NCBI GenBank assembly: GCA_963747235.1
Contig: CAVVEU010000040.1
Coordinates: 320,001 to 384,000, forward strand
Direction: 5' to 3'
Length of the DNA: 64,000 nt
DNA from: an uncultured Candidatus Rokubacteria bacterium
Lineage (GTDB): Bacteria > Methylomirabilota > Methylomirabilia > Rokubacteriales > CSP1-6
A program made the position numbers and the translations under genes. This document shows positions 19,840-29,043 of this stretch, piece after piece. The notes beneath the pieces are model-generated. The model was not told the origin of the DNA. It ran no database searches and saw only the letters and a program-made list of their open reading frames with translations. Within the stretch, counting starts at the first letter, position 1; the number at the start of each line of letters is the position of its first letter.

Positions 19840-21290
19840 GCGCGCGCCCGGTGGATGGGAAAGGCGGGCGGGACGATCTGGTCCACGGTGGCGCCGTCCC
19901 ATCGCCAGCCCGGTACCCGGCTCCAGTAGTGCTGGGTGACCTCGCGCGCCTTCGCGTACACCGCGTCCTCGTCCACGCGCGTGGCCCGCCCACCCTGCAC
20001 CAGCACCTGGCCGTCCACGATGGCGGTGTCCACGTCACGCCCGGACGCCGAGTCCACCAGCGCCTTGATCGGATCCGCGTAGAGCGAGCCGCCGACGTGA
20101 TCCAGGTTGATCAGCAGGATGTCGGCCTTGGCGCCCGGGGCCAGGCGCCCCAGGTCCTCGCGCCCCAGGAAGCGGCAGCCCCCGACGGTGGCCGCGTTGA
20201 AGACGTCGCGGGCGAGGCCGGCCTGGTAGTTGGCGTCGGTGACCCTGGCCAGGATGGACGCCCACCGGAGCTCGGACACCATGTCGAGCGGATAGGTGTC
20301 GGTGCCCAGCGCCAGCGTCACGCCCGCGTCCAGATAGCGCTGGAAGGAGTGGAGCGTCATCGCCATCTTTGCGTACTTGTACGGGCAGTGGCCCACGGTG
20401 GACCCGCGCTCGGCCAGCACGGCCAGGTCGTCGCCGAACGGGTAGCGCGTCCAGTCGTGCGCGGTGGTGAAGACCGCGTGCCCGAGCAGGGTGCGGTCGT
20501 CGAGGAAGCCGATGTCGGCCAGGAAGCGGATCGGCGTCTTGCGGTACTCGTCCATGATGCGCTGGAACTCGACGAGGTTGCCGCCCGCGTGGGTGTGGAT
20601 CGGGGCGTTCTGCGCACGCGCCGCGTCCTTGCCGGCCCGCAGCAGCGGCTCGCTGCACGTCTCGACCTGGGCCGCGTTGAAGAGCACGCGCAGCCGGCCC
20701 CCGGCCGCGCCGTCGAACTTCCGCCCGAAGTCCACCGCCTCCTGCAGGCGCGAGCGGCCCACCGCGGCGTCCTCCTCGTAGTAGAGCCGGCCCTGCGCGT
20801 CCGTGTAGGTGTCGCGGTCGCGGAACGGCGGGCCACCGTAGACCCGGACGCCGAGATCGTCCACCAGACGCGCGTAGCCCTCCCAGTCGCCGCGCAGGCC
20901 GCCCACGTCGATGACGGTGGTGGTCCCGTTCTTCAGCGCGTGCAGGAAGGTGAAGGCGCGGATCGCCGCGGTGGGCTCGGCGGGGGGCGGCGTCATCTTG
21001 CCCTTGAGCGGCGCCGCGAAGGCCATGTAGTTGGCGGTGCGGTAGTCGTTCTTGGCCATGTCGAGCAGCAGGTAGTCACCCCCGCCGCCCGCGGTGTGCA
21101 CGTGGGTATTGATGAAGCCGGGCGAGACCAGCTTGCCACGCGCGGCGATCCTCGCGTCGGCCGTCCCCGTCCACGCGGGCCCCGCGTGCACGACCCGATC
21201 CCCCTCGAACACCACGCTCCCCTGCTCGTGCACCTCGTGGCTCTTCCCATTCCAGGCCACGACCCACCCACCCTCGATCACCGTCCGCAT
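19836..21290 (-). CDS. Amidohydrolase family protein (chlorohydrolase/deaminase-like)
   Basis: PGFINTHVH, GTTTV, IHTHAG, LLGHAV, LGTDT, GRLAPGAKADI. Confidence 0.88.
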   Translation of the reverse strand: MRTVIEGGWVVAWNGKSHEVHEQGSVVFEGDRVVHAGPAWTGTADARIAARGKLVSPGFINTHVHTAGGGGDYLLLDMAKNDYRTANYMAFAAPLKGKMTPPPAEPTAAIRAFTFLHALKNGTTTVIDVGGLRGDWEGYARLVDDLGVRVYGGPPFRDRDTYTDAQGRLYYEEDAAVGRSRLQEAVDFGRKFDGAAGGRLRVLFNAAQVETCSEPLLRAGKDAARAQNAPIHTHAGGNLVEFQRIMDEYRKTPIRFLADIGFLDDRTLLGHAVFTTAHDWTRYPFGDDLAVLAERGSTVGHCPYKYAKMAMTLHSFQRYLDAGVTLALGTDTYPLDMVSELRWASILARVTDANYQAGLARDVFNAATVGGCRFLGREDLGRLAPGAKADILLINLDHVGGSLYADPIKALVDSASGRDVDTAIVDGQVLVQGGRATRVDEDAVYAKAREVTQHYWSRVPGWRWDGATVDQIVPPAFPIHRARA

Positions 21291-21369
21291 GGCCAAGCCC
21301 TCCGGCCCCGCATGCTAGCCCGGCCAAGGCTCACCCGCAATCAGGCCGGAGCACTTGACGGTGGAGGGT

Positions 21370-21501
21370 AACCGGGGCGTCGAGAAGGGTGCAGCTGCGA
21401 GGCGGCGCCCGAAGGCCGGGCGCGAAGCGTACTCCTGTACGTTGAGCGGGCAGTCGAGGGCGCCAACGAAGCAGACGGCCCCTTATCGGCGGCCCGGCCT
21501 A
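21370..21501. mobile_element. MITE-like structured palindromic element
   Basis: Imperfect 25-bp terminal inverted repeats (18/25), nested GGCGCCC/GGGCGCC, central CGTAC-tcct-GTACG hairpin; right end abuts the FAH stop in a CTAG. Confidence 0.55.
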
Positions 21502-22440
21502 GGGGCGGACTATCTTGCTGTGGAGGATGCCGATCTGCTCGACTTCCGCCTCGAGCCGGTCTCCCGCCTTGAGGAAATTCCCGCTCGCCGCGCCGACACC
21601 CTCGGGCGTCCCGGTGGCGATGATGTCCCCGGGCAGGAGCGTCATGCCCTGCGAGAGCACCTCGATGCACTGCGCGACCGGGAAGATCATCTTGGACGTG
21701 TTGCTCGACTGGCGGACCTGGCCGTTGACCCGGAGCGAGATCGCGAGGGCCTGCGGGTCCGGGATCTCGTCGGCGGTGACCAGCACCGGGCCCATCGGGC
21801 AGAAGGTGTCGAGCGACTTGCCCTTGAACCACTGCTGGTGGCGCTTCTGCAGATCCCGCGCGGTCACGTCGTTGATGATGGTGTAGCCGAAGACGTGCTT
21901 GAGCGCTTCGGCGCGCGGGATGTCGCGCCCGCCGGTGCCGATCACCGCGGTGAGCTCGACCTCGTAGTCGAGCTCCTTGGTGATGGCGTGGTGCACCACG
22001 TCGTCGCCCGGCCCCACCACCGCGGTCGCGGGCTTGGTGAAGTACACCGGATGCTCGGGCGCGGCCGCGCCCCGCTCGGCGGCGTGGTCGGCGTAGTTGC
22101 GGCCGAGGCAGAAGACGTTGCGGGCCGGCGACGGGATCGGCGCGAGCAGCCGCACGCGCTTGGCCGGGTAGGCCAGCCGGCGCTGGGCCAGCTCCTCGGC
22201 GGCGGTCTGTCCCACGAGCCGCTGGCCGTACTCCCAGGCCTCGCGGGTGAGCGCCAGCACCGCCTCGCCGCCCTGCACGATCTCGAGGACGGTGCGGGGA
22301 AATCCGCCACGTCCCCGGCGCGCGGTGCCGCGCTGGGTCGCGAGCTCCTTGGCGAGGCCGGTGAGGTCGAGCACGTGCTCCTGCCAGAGCGCGCCCGGCT
22401 TGGGCTCGCCGCGCCCGCGCCGGAAGGTGACGAGCCGCAT
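21499..22440 (-). CDS. Fumarylacetoacetate hydrolase family protein
   Basis: CLGRNYADH, FTKP, LDYEVEL, NDVTARDLQ, WFKGKSLDTF, TGTPEGVG. Confidence 0.92.
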   Translation of the reverse strand: MRLVTFRRGRGEPKPGALWQEHVLDLTGLAKELATQRGTARRGRGGFPRTVLEIVQGGEAVLALTREAWEYGQRLVGQTAAEELAQRRLAYPAKRVRLLAPIPSPARNVFCLGRNYADHAAERGAAAPEHPVYFTKPATAVVGPGDDVVHHAITKELDYEVELTAVIGTGGRDIPRAEALKHVFGYTIINDVTARDLQKRHQQWFKGKSLDTFCPMGPVLVTADEIPDPQALAISLRVNGQVRQSSNTSKMIFPVAQCIEVLSQGMTLLPGDIIATGTPEGVGAASGNFLKAGDRLEAEVEQIGILHSKIVRP

Positions 22441-22443
22441 GGC

Positions 22444-23448
22444 CTAGTGGCTCACCGCCACCGCGCCGCTGCGCGGCGGCAGCGGCTTGCCCGCGGCCTT
22501 GGCGATGTCCTCCAGCTCCCGGGGCAGACCGAAGCGCACGTCCTCCTCGACCACGTGGACCTCCTGCACGTTGGAGCCGCGCTGGCGCCGCAGCTCCTCC
22601 ACCACCTCGGTCACCAGGTGCTCGGGCGTGGAGGCGCCCGCGGTGACCCCGACGCGGTTGGCTCCCTCGAGCCACTCCGGCCGGATGTCGTTCTTGTCGT
22701 TGATCAGATAGGACGGCGTGCCCATGACGGTGGAGACCTCGACGAGGCGGTTGGCGTTCGAGCTGTTGGCCGCGCCGATGACCAGCAGCACGTCCACCGC
22801 GCCCGCGACCGTCTTCACCGCGGCCTGGCGGTTCTGGGTCGCGTAGCAGATGTCGTCCTTGGCGGGCCCGACGATCTTGGGGAAGCGGCGCCGCAGCGCC
22901 TCGATGCAGTCCCGGGTGTCGTCCACCGACAGCGTGGTCTGGGTGAGATAGGCCACCTTGTCGGGATCGGCCACCTTGAGCTTGTCCACGTCCTCCGGGT
23001 GGGCGATCAGGAACATGCGGTCCGGCGCCTCGCCCATGGTGCCCACCACCTCGTCGTGATCGGCGTGGCCGACCAGGATGATGGAGTAGCCCTCGCGCGC
23101 GTAGCGGACGGCCTCCAGATGCACCTTGGTGACGAGCGGGCACGTGGCGTCGATCACCCGCAGCCCGCGCCGGTGGGCCTCCGCGCGCACCGCGGGCGAG
23201 ATGCCGTGGGCGCTGAAGATCACGGTGGCGTCGTCCGGCACCTCGTCCAGCTCGTCCACGAAGTGGGCGCCCTTGGCCCGGAGGGCCTCGACCACGTGCC
23301 GGTTGTGCACGATCTCCTTGCGCACGTACACGGGAGGCGGGCACACCTGGAGCGCGAGCTCGACGATGTCGATGGCGCGGTCCACCCCGGCGCAGAAGCC
23401 CCGGGGGCCGGCCAGCACGATCTGTTGCAGCGGAAGCGGCGTGGTCAT
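22444..23448 (-). CDS. ispH: 4-hydroxy-3-methylbut-2-enyl diphosphate reductase
   Basis: PRGFCAGVDRA, IVHN, FSAHG, DATCPLVTKVH, QTTLS, DICYATQNRQ, NSSN, TAGASTPE. Confidence 0.96.
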   Translation of the reverse strand: MTTPLPLQQIVLAGPRGFCAGVDRAIDIVELALQVCPPPVYVRKEIVHNRHVVEALRAKGAHFVDELDEVPDDATVIFSAHGISPAVRAEAHRRGLRVIDATCPLVTKVHLEAVRYAREGYSIILVGHADHDEVVGTMGEAPDRMFLIAHPEDVDKLKVADPDKVAYLTQTTLSVDDTRDCIEALRRRFPKIVGPAKDDICYATQNRQAAVKTVAGAVDVLLVIGAANSSNANRLVEVSTVMGTPSYLINDKNDIRPEWLEGANRVGVTAGASTPEHLVTEVVEELRRQRGSNVQEVHVVEEDVRFGLPRELEDIAKAAGKPLPPRSGAVAVSH

Positions 23449-23455
23449 CTTGCCC

Positions 23456-24040
23456 TCACTTGAAATAGAACGAAACACCGCCTATCCCCGAGTCGGAGTT
23501 GAACCCCCGGTTCGGGCTCGAGGTGTGTCCGTTCGAGATGTGCTGGAAACGATAGCCCAGATTCAACGCGACCGTGTCCGTGACGAAGTACGACAGCCCC
23601 GCCCCGGCCTCGACCACGAAGACGAACGTCGAGTCGATCTCCCTCACTTTGAGGCTCGTCCCCCCCGCTCCCGCCGTACCCTCGAGATACGGGACCAGCC
23701 GGCCGAAGCCAATCAGATGATACCGCATCGCGACCTTGATGCCCTGAGCGGTTGCCTCGTGCGGCGAGAGGTAGTACTGGAACCACCCCTCGATGCCCGG
23801 CTCGACCGCGCTCCGGAGGAGGCCGCTCCCGAAGGGGGAGAAGAACAGGTGGGACACCCGCGGGGTCGCGGTCAGGAACGAGATGTCGCTGACCGTCCGG
23901 TGGCCCTCGGCATTGTTGGCCGCGCCACCCCCGACCTGCACGCCGAAGATCGTGGTCCCCCGGGCGAACGTGGCGTCCGGGTCAAAAGCCGGCGCCGGGC
24001 GCGCCAGGGCCAGCACGGCCAAGGTGATCGCGGCCGCCAT
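23456..24040 (-). CDS. Lipid A 3-O-deacylase (PagL)/acyloxyacyl hydrolase-like outer-membrane beta-barrel
   Basis: Signal peptide APA-F; PYLEGTAGAG, YRFQHISNG..NRGFN catalytic-type motif, terminal aromatic SFYFK. Confidence 0.78.
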   Translation of the reverse strand: MAAAITLAVLALARPAPAFDPDATFARGTTIFGVQVGGGAANNAEGHRTVSDISFLTATPRVSHLFFSPFGSGLLRSAVEPGIEGWFQYYLSPHEATAQGIKVAMRYHLIGFGRLVPYLEGTAGAGGTSLKVREIDSTFVFVVEAGAGLSYFVTDTVALNLGYRFQHISNGHTSSPNRGFNSDSGIGGVSFYFK

Positions 24041-24070
24041 CGCCCGTGCGTGTCCGGTTCGTGCTTGTCC

Positions 24071-25102
24071 TCATTGCCAGGGGTCCACCAGCACCTTCAT
24101 GGTCTCACCACGCTCCATCAGGGCCAGCGCTTCTTTCACCTGCCCCAGCCCCATGCGATGAGTCAGCAGCCCCGAAGGCTCGATCGCCTTCGATTCAAGG
24201 AGTTCCACCGCGCGTCGGATCATGGCCGGGGTGTGGTGGAAGGCGCCCACCAGCGTGAGCTCTTCGTAGTGCGCCCGACGCGTGTCCACCCGCACCGAGG
24301 TGCCTGGCGCGCAGCCACCAAACAGTAGCACGGTGCCTCCGCGGCCCACGCCATCGATGGCTTGCTCCCAGACCTCCGGCCGGCCGGTCGCGTCCACGGT
24401 GACGTCGGGCCCCGGCCCGCCCGTCAGCCCCCGCAGGTGCTCCACCATGTCCGGGACGGAGAGGGCGTCCACGCAGGTGCCCAGTCCCAGCTCGCGGACC
24501 CGGTCCAGGCGCCAGCCCGCCTTGCCCACGATGACCACCCGGGCCCCGCGCTGCCGGGCCGCCAGGGCCAGCAGGCAGCCCAGGGGACCGTGGCCCCAGA
24601 TCGCCACGGTCATGCCGGCCTCGACCCGGCCCCGCTCGACCCCAAGCAGGGCACAGGCCAGCGGCTCGGCGAAGGCGGCGCTCGAGGCGGCCAGCCCGGG
24701 CCCGATCGGCACCACGTTCCGGGCGACCAGGCGCGGGGGCAGCGCGATGTACTGGCCGTAGGCCCCGTTGACGAAGAGGAGGTCCTCGCAGAGGTTCGGT
24801 CGGCCGGCCGCGCAGAGGCGGCACCGGCCGCACGGCGCCGAGTTGGCGGCGACGATCCGGTCGCCTTCCTTCGCGCCGGGAGCGCCGCGCCCCACCGCGG
24901 TGACCACGCCGGCCAGCTCGTGGCCGAACACGGTGGGCACGTGCGGGATCATCACGGGATGGCCGCGGCGCAGGGTCTTGACGTCGGTGCCGCAGGTGAG
25001 CGCCGCGTCCACCCGCACCACGAGGCCGCCCGGCTCGGGCTCGGGCACCGGGAGCTCCTCGAAGCGGAGATCGCCCGGGCCATGGAACACCTGGGCCCGC
25101 AT
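24071..25102 (-). CDS. Zinc-binding (MDR) polyol/threonine dehydrogenase-like protein
   Basis: CGTD, GHE, CGRCRLC..C, EPLAC, GHGPLG. Confidence 0.9.
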   Translation of the reverse strand: MRAQVFHGPGDLRFEELPVPEPEPGGLVVRVDAALTCGTDVKTLRRGHPVMIPHVPTVFGHELAGVVTAVGRGAPGAKEGDRIVAANSAPCGRCRLCAAGRPNLCEDLLFVNGAYGQYIALPPRLVARNVVPIGPGLAASSAAFAEPLACALLGVERGRVEAGMTVAIWGHGPLGCLLALAARQRGARVVIVGKAGWRLDRVRELGLGTCVDALSVPDMVEHLRGLTGGPGPDVTVDATGRPEVWEQAIDGVGRGGTVLLFGGCAPGTSVRVDTRRAHYEELTLVGAFHHTPAMIRRAVELLESKAIEPSGLLTHRMGLGQVKEALALMERGETMKVLVDPWQ

Positions 25103-25104
25103 GG

Positions 25105-26109
25105 CTACGGGATCACGTAGACCTTCACCGCCTCGTGGCGGCGCATCAGCTCCACACCTTCGCCCAGGCGCCCGAGCGGGAGCCGGTGGCTGATGAGGCC
25201 ATCCACCCGGATCCGGTCCCCCGCCAGCAGCGCGAAGGCCTCCTCGAGCTCGGCGGGCGAGGACGAATAGGTGGCGGTGAGGGTCAGCTCGCGATGGTAG
25301 AGCGCGCCCAGCGACAACGGCAGGCTGTCCCCCGCCCCGCCCGCGAAGTAGTGCAGCGTCCCGCCGTCGCGCACGCGCGCGGCCGCGGCGGGCAGCACGG
25401 CCGCGCCACCCGCGGTGACGATCACCAGGTCGGCGCCGCGCCCCTCGGTGGCCTCGCGCAGCGCCGCGTCCAGCGCCGGGTCGGCCTCGAAGACCCGCGC
25501 GCCCATGCGGCGCCCCAGCGCGCGGCGCGGCTCGAGCAGGTCGGAGGCGAACACCCGCGCGCCCTCGAGCGCCAGGAGCTGCGCGAGCAGGCAGCCGATC
25601 GAGCCCAGGCCCACCACGAGCGCGGTGTCACCCGCGGCCACGCGGCTGCGCTTCACCGCGCGCAGGCAGCAGGCCAGCGGCTCGGTGAAGGACGCGGTCT
25701 CCTCGGTCATCTCCGCGGGCAGGCGGAAGGCGGCGTGCTCCACGTTGGGCGCGGGCACGCGCACCCGCTCCGCGAAGCCGCCCGGATCGAGATTGACGCG
25801 CTTGAAGTGCCGGCACATGGACGGGCTGCCGCGCCGGCAGTAGTGGCAGTGAAAGCACGGCACGTGATGGGCGACGACGAGCCGGTCGCCCGGCGCGAAG
25901 CGCCGTACGCCGGCCCCGACCTCCAAGACCTGGCCCACCACCTCGTGGCCGAGGACGGCCGGCCCGGGCGCGGCCGCGTTGATCTTGAGGATGTCGGACC
26001 CGCAGAGCCCGCAGCCGCTCACGCGCAGCAGGAGCTCGCCGGGGCCCGGGACCGGCTCGGGCCACTCGCGCAGCTCGATGGCGCCCGCGTCGCAGACCGC
26101 GGCCTTCAC
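25105..26109 (-). CDS. Second zinc-binding (MDR) dehydrogenase
   Basis: GTG overlaps hpnD stop; CGSD, GHE, CFHCHYC..C, EPLAC, GLGSIG. Confidence 0.9.
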   Translation of the reverse strand: MKAAVCDAGAIELREWPEPVPGPGELLLRVSGCGLCGSDILKINAAAPGPAVLGHEVVGQVLEVGAGVRRFAPGDRLVVAHHVPCFHCHYCRRGSPSMCRHFKRVNLDPGGFAERVRVPAPNVEHAAFRLPAEMTEETASFTEPLACCLRAVKRSRVAAGDTALVVGLGSIGCLLAQLLALEGARVFASDLLEPRRALGRRMGARVFEADPALDAALREATEGRGADLVIVTAGGAAVLPAAAARVRDGGTLHYFAGGAGDSLPLSLGALYHRELTLTATYSSSPAELEEAFALLAGDRIRVDGLISHRLPLGRLGEGVELMRRHEAVKVYVIP

Positions 26110-26954
26110 GAGGTGGCCAGGCGGGCGCCGAGCCAGCCGCGGAAGGCGATGGCGAGGCGGCGCGGCGTGGACAGGGTCACGCGACGGGCGAAGACGTCGA
26201 AGCGGCGCGCCTCGATCGCCCGGAGCAGCGCGAAGTAGGTACGTCCCATGATCTCGGCCGCGAACAGCCGACGCGCGTCCGCCGCGGGCAGCGCCGCCCA
26301 CGCGCGCGCGTAGTACTCGTGGGCGCGGGCCGCCTCGAAGGTCATGAGCTGGACGAACCCGGGCGTGTACCGGCCCTGGGCCAGATCCTCCGCGGTCACG
26401 CCGAAGCGCCGCAGGTCCGCCTGGGGGAGGTAGACGCGCCCGATGCGCGCGTCCACCTGGACGTCCCGGAGGATGTTGGTGATCTGGAGCGCGACGCCCA
26501 GGTTCACCGCGTACTCGCGCGCCCGCGGGTCCGAGTAGCCGAAGATCTCGATGCAGCAGAGACCCACCGCGGAGGCCACGCGATAGCAGTAGGGATAGAG
26601 CGCGTCGAAGGTCTCGTAGGTGGGATGGTCCATGTCCATCTCCACCCCCGCGATGATCTCCTCGAGCGCGGCGCGCGGGATCGGGAAGCGGCGCACCGCC
26701 ACCTGGAGCCGCTGGCCGGCCGGATGCTCGGGCCGCCCCTCGTAGACGCGCGCGATCTCCTCGCGCCAGCGCCCGAGCTCCGCGCGCTGCTTCTCGCGGT
26801 CCGACACCTCGTCCACCGCGTCGTCCACGATACGGCAGAAGGCATAGCAGGCGTAGATGGCCTCGCGCTGGGCCCGCGGCAGGCAGAGGAACGCGTAGAA
26901 GAAGTTCGAGCGGCTCTTGCGGGTGAGGCGCGAGACGAACTGGTGCGCGTTCAT
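26106..26954 (-). CDS. hpnD: Presqualene diphosphate synthase HpnD (squalene/phytoene synthase family)
   Basis: SRSNFFYAF, YAFCRIVDDAVD, YCYRVASAVG, LQITNILRDV, GRVYLP. Confidence 0.88.
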   Translation of the reverse strand: MNAHQFVSRLTRKSRSNFFYAFLCLPRAQREAIYACYAFCRIVDDAVDEVSDREKQRAELGRWREEIARVYEGRPEHPAGQRLQVAVRRFPIPRAALEEIIAGVEMDMDHPTYETFDALYPYCYRVASAVGLCCIEIFGYSDPRAREYAVNLGVALQITNILRDVQVDARIGRVYLPQADLRRFGVTAEDLAQGRYTPGFVQLMTFEAARAHEYYARAWAALPAADARRLFAAEIMGRTYFALLRAIEARRFDVFARRVTLSTPRRLAIAFRGWLGARLATS

Positions 26955-27992
26955 CTGATATGCGGGGGCCCAGAAATGGCCCCCGCACTCCCCCGATTCC
27001 GTTTGGCGTTCGCATAACCGCGGGCGGTGAACCAAGCAACCGCGTCCTTCAGGGCGGTCTCCGCCGGGGTCTGCGGCAGGCCCAGTTCGCGGATGGCCTT
27101 GTCGGCGCTGAAGTACATGCGCTTGCGGGCCATGCGGACCGCGGTGAGGGGGACGGCGGGCGGGCGGCGCGTGATCAGGGACGACGCCTTCCATCGCCGC
27201 CGCGGCCATCCACGCGACCGCGTAGGGGACGCGGAAGCGGGGGGCGGGCACGCCGGTCAGCGTCGAGAGCATCTGGAAGATCTCGAGGAGAGACAGGTTG
27301 CGGTGGCCCAGGATGTAGCGCTCGCCCACCCGGCCCTTCTCGGCGGCCAGGATGTGACCGCGGGCGACATCGCGCACGTGGACCACGTTGAGCCCGGTGT
27401 CCACCGAGCCGACCATCTTGCCGTTGAGGAAGTCCACGATCATCTGCCCGGTCGGGGTGGGCTTGACGTCCCACGGGCCGATCGGCGCCGACGGGTTGAC
27501 GATGATCACCGGCGCGCCGCGCGCCGCCCATTCGTCGGCCACGCGCTCGGCCAGGAACTTGGACGCCTTGTAGGCGCCCACCATGTCCGCGAGCGACACC
27601 GGCGTCGTCTCGTCGCCCGGCGTGCCGTCCTTGGGAATGCCGACCGCGCCCACCGTCGACGTGTAGACGATGCGCTCGGCGCCCGCCTCGGCCGCCGCGG
27701 CCAGCAGGTGCCGCGTGCCGTCCACGTTCGCGCGGTAGAGCACCTTCAAGTCCGGCGCCCAGAGCCGGTAGTCGGCGGCCACGTGGTAGACGTGACGGGC
27801 GCCGGCCACCGCGACGCGGAGCGAGCGCTCATCCAGCAGATCGCCCTCGACGATGTCCACCGCGCAGCCCTCGAGCGCGCGCCGGTCGCCGCCGGGCCGC
27901 GCCAGGACGCGCACCGTGTGGCCGTCCGCGAGGAGCTCGCGGACCAGGTTGGCCCCCACGAACCCGGTGCCGCCGGTGACGAGGACGTTCAC
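26951..27992 (-). CDS. hpnA: Hopanoid-associated sugar epimerase HpnA (frameshift near 27180)
   Basis: TGGTGFVG, HVAADYRLW, YKASK, DVKPTPTG; true C-terminus MYFSADKAIRELG lies in ORF 26951..27133. Confidence 0.88.
26961..26987. repeat. 10-bp perfect inverted repeat in the hpnA 3' tail
   Basis: TGCGGGGGCC-cagaaat-GGCCCCCGCA; overlapping 15-mer CCCCCGCACTCCCCC recurs at 54652-54666. Confidence 0.5.
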
Positions 27993-28705
27993 GGCCGCGA
28001 AGCGGCCGCGAGCCCGGCGAGCACCCGCGCGACCGCGGTGAGCGCGCGCCGGGTGGCCTGGCCCAGGGCCAGGGCGCGCGGCAGCAGGCGCGGCCGCGTG
28101 ACCGTCAGCGCCAGCGCGCGCACCGGGCGCAGCTTGCCCGCCGGTGTCATCAGCCCGATGAGCTCGAGGGGCACGCTCTCGCTCGCCGCGTCCGACACGC
28201 CGCGCACGACCAGCGTCGGGCAGCCCGCGGCCGCCGCGTGGGCGAGGATGACGGCCGACTCCATGTCCACCGCCACCGCGCCGCTGCTCGCGAAGAGCGC
28301 GGACTTGGCCTCGGCCGTCGCCACCACCTCGCGCGAGGTCACGAGCGTGCCGCCGCGCGCGGTGCCGGCCAGGAGGATGGCCTGCCGGTGCGGCGTGGGC
28401 GTCACGTTGAGCCGCTCGCCGCTGGGCCCGAGCACGCTCTCGGGCAGGACCAGATCGCCCGCGCTCAGATCGGGCGCGAGGCCCCCGCAGACGCCGCCCG
28501 AGACCACGAGCGGATAGTTGAAGCCGGCGAGGAGCCGCGGCCAGCGCGAGACGAGGAGACCGGCCCGGAGGCCGACCGGAGCGACCCGGAGCAGCCCGCG
28601 ACCGAAGGCGGGAAAGGGCAGCACGGTGATGGGCGGGAGCTCGAGCCGGCGGGCCAGGACCCGCGCCTCGAGCTCAACCGCGGTGAGGATCAGGATCCCG
28701 GACAC
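27989..28705 (-). CDS. hpnG: Hopanoid-associated nucleosidase/phosphorylase HpnG
   Basis: GVCGGLAPDLSAGD, AVAVDMES, VRGVSD; lies between hpnH and hpnA. Confidence 0.8.
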   Translation of the reverse strand: MSGILILTAVELEARVLARRLELPPITVLPFPAFGRGLLRVAPVGLRAGLLVSRWPRLLAGFNYPLVVSGGVCGGLAPDLSAGDLVLPESVLGPSGERLNVTPTPHRQAILLAGTARGGTLVTSREVVATAEAKSALFASSGAVAVDMESAVILAHAAAAGCPTLVVRGVSDAASESVPLELIGLMTPAGKLRPVRALALTVTRPRLLPRALALGQATRRALTAVARVLAGLAAASRP

Positions 28706-29033
28706 TCCCGGCGGCCGCGCCCTTCTCGGCCTTCTCCCGCTCCTTGCGCTCGAGCCACGCCCGCCAGCTATTCCCGGCCGCGGTGTCCTTGCCGGAGAAC
28801 TTGATGTTGGCGATCTCGGCGTAGCGGAGCGTGATGGGTCCCTCGCCGCTCTCGTCGAAGTACTCGAGGAAGGGCTCGGGCCCGTAGGTGTTGCGGTTGA
28901 AGATGTACCCGACCACCTCGGTGCCGTCGGTCCGGACGATCGTGGTGTTGCCCCGGTAGTCGAAGGCGAACTCCACCACTTCCGCCAGCGTGAGGTACTG
29001 CCCGACGTCGGGCACCCAGCCCTCGAGGGTCAC
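28674..29033 (-). CDS. Hypothetical protein (119 aa) in hpn operon
   Basis: Normal codon style, tightly packed; AFDYRGNTTIVRTDGTEVVGYIFNR. Confidence 0.7.
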   Translation of the reverse strand: MTLEGWVPDVGQYLTLAEVVEFAFDYRGNTTIVRTDGTEVVGYIFNRNTYGPEPFLEYFDESGEGPITLRYAEIANIKFSGKDTAAGNSWRAWLERKEREKAEKGAAAGSVRDPDPHRG

Positions 29034-29043
29034 GCGGCGCCCC

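Noticed and set aside
26106-27992. Apparent 628-aa HpnA-HpnD fusion
   Set aside because: A frameshift near 27180 diverts HpnA; its true C-terminus is in another frame and stops at 26951, overlapping the hpnD ATG.
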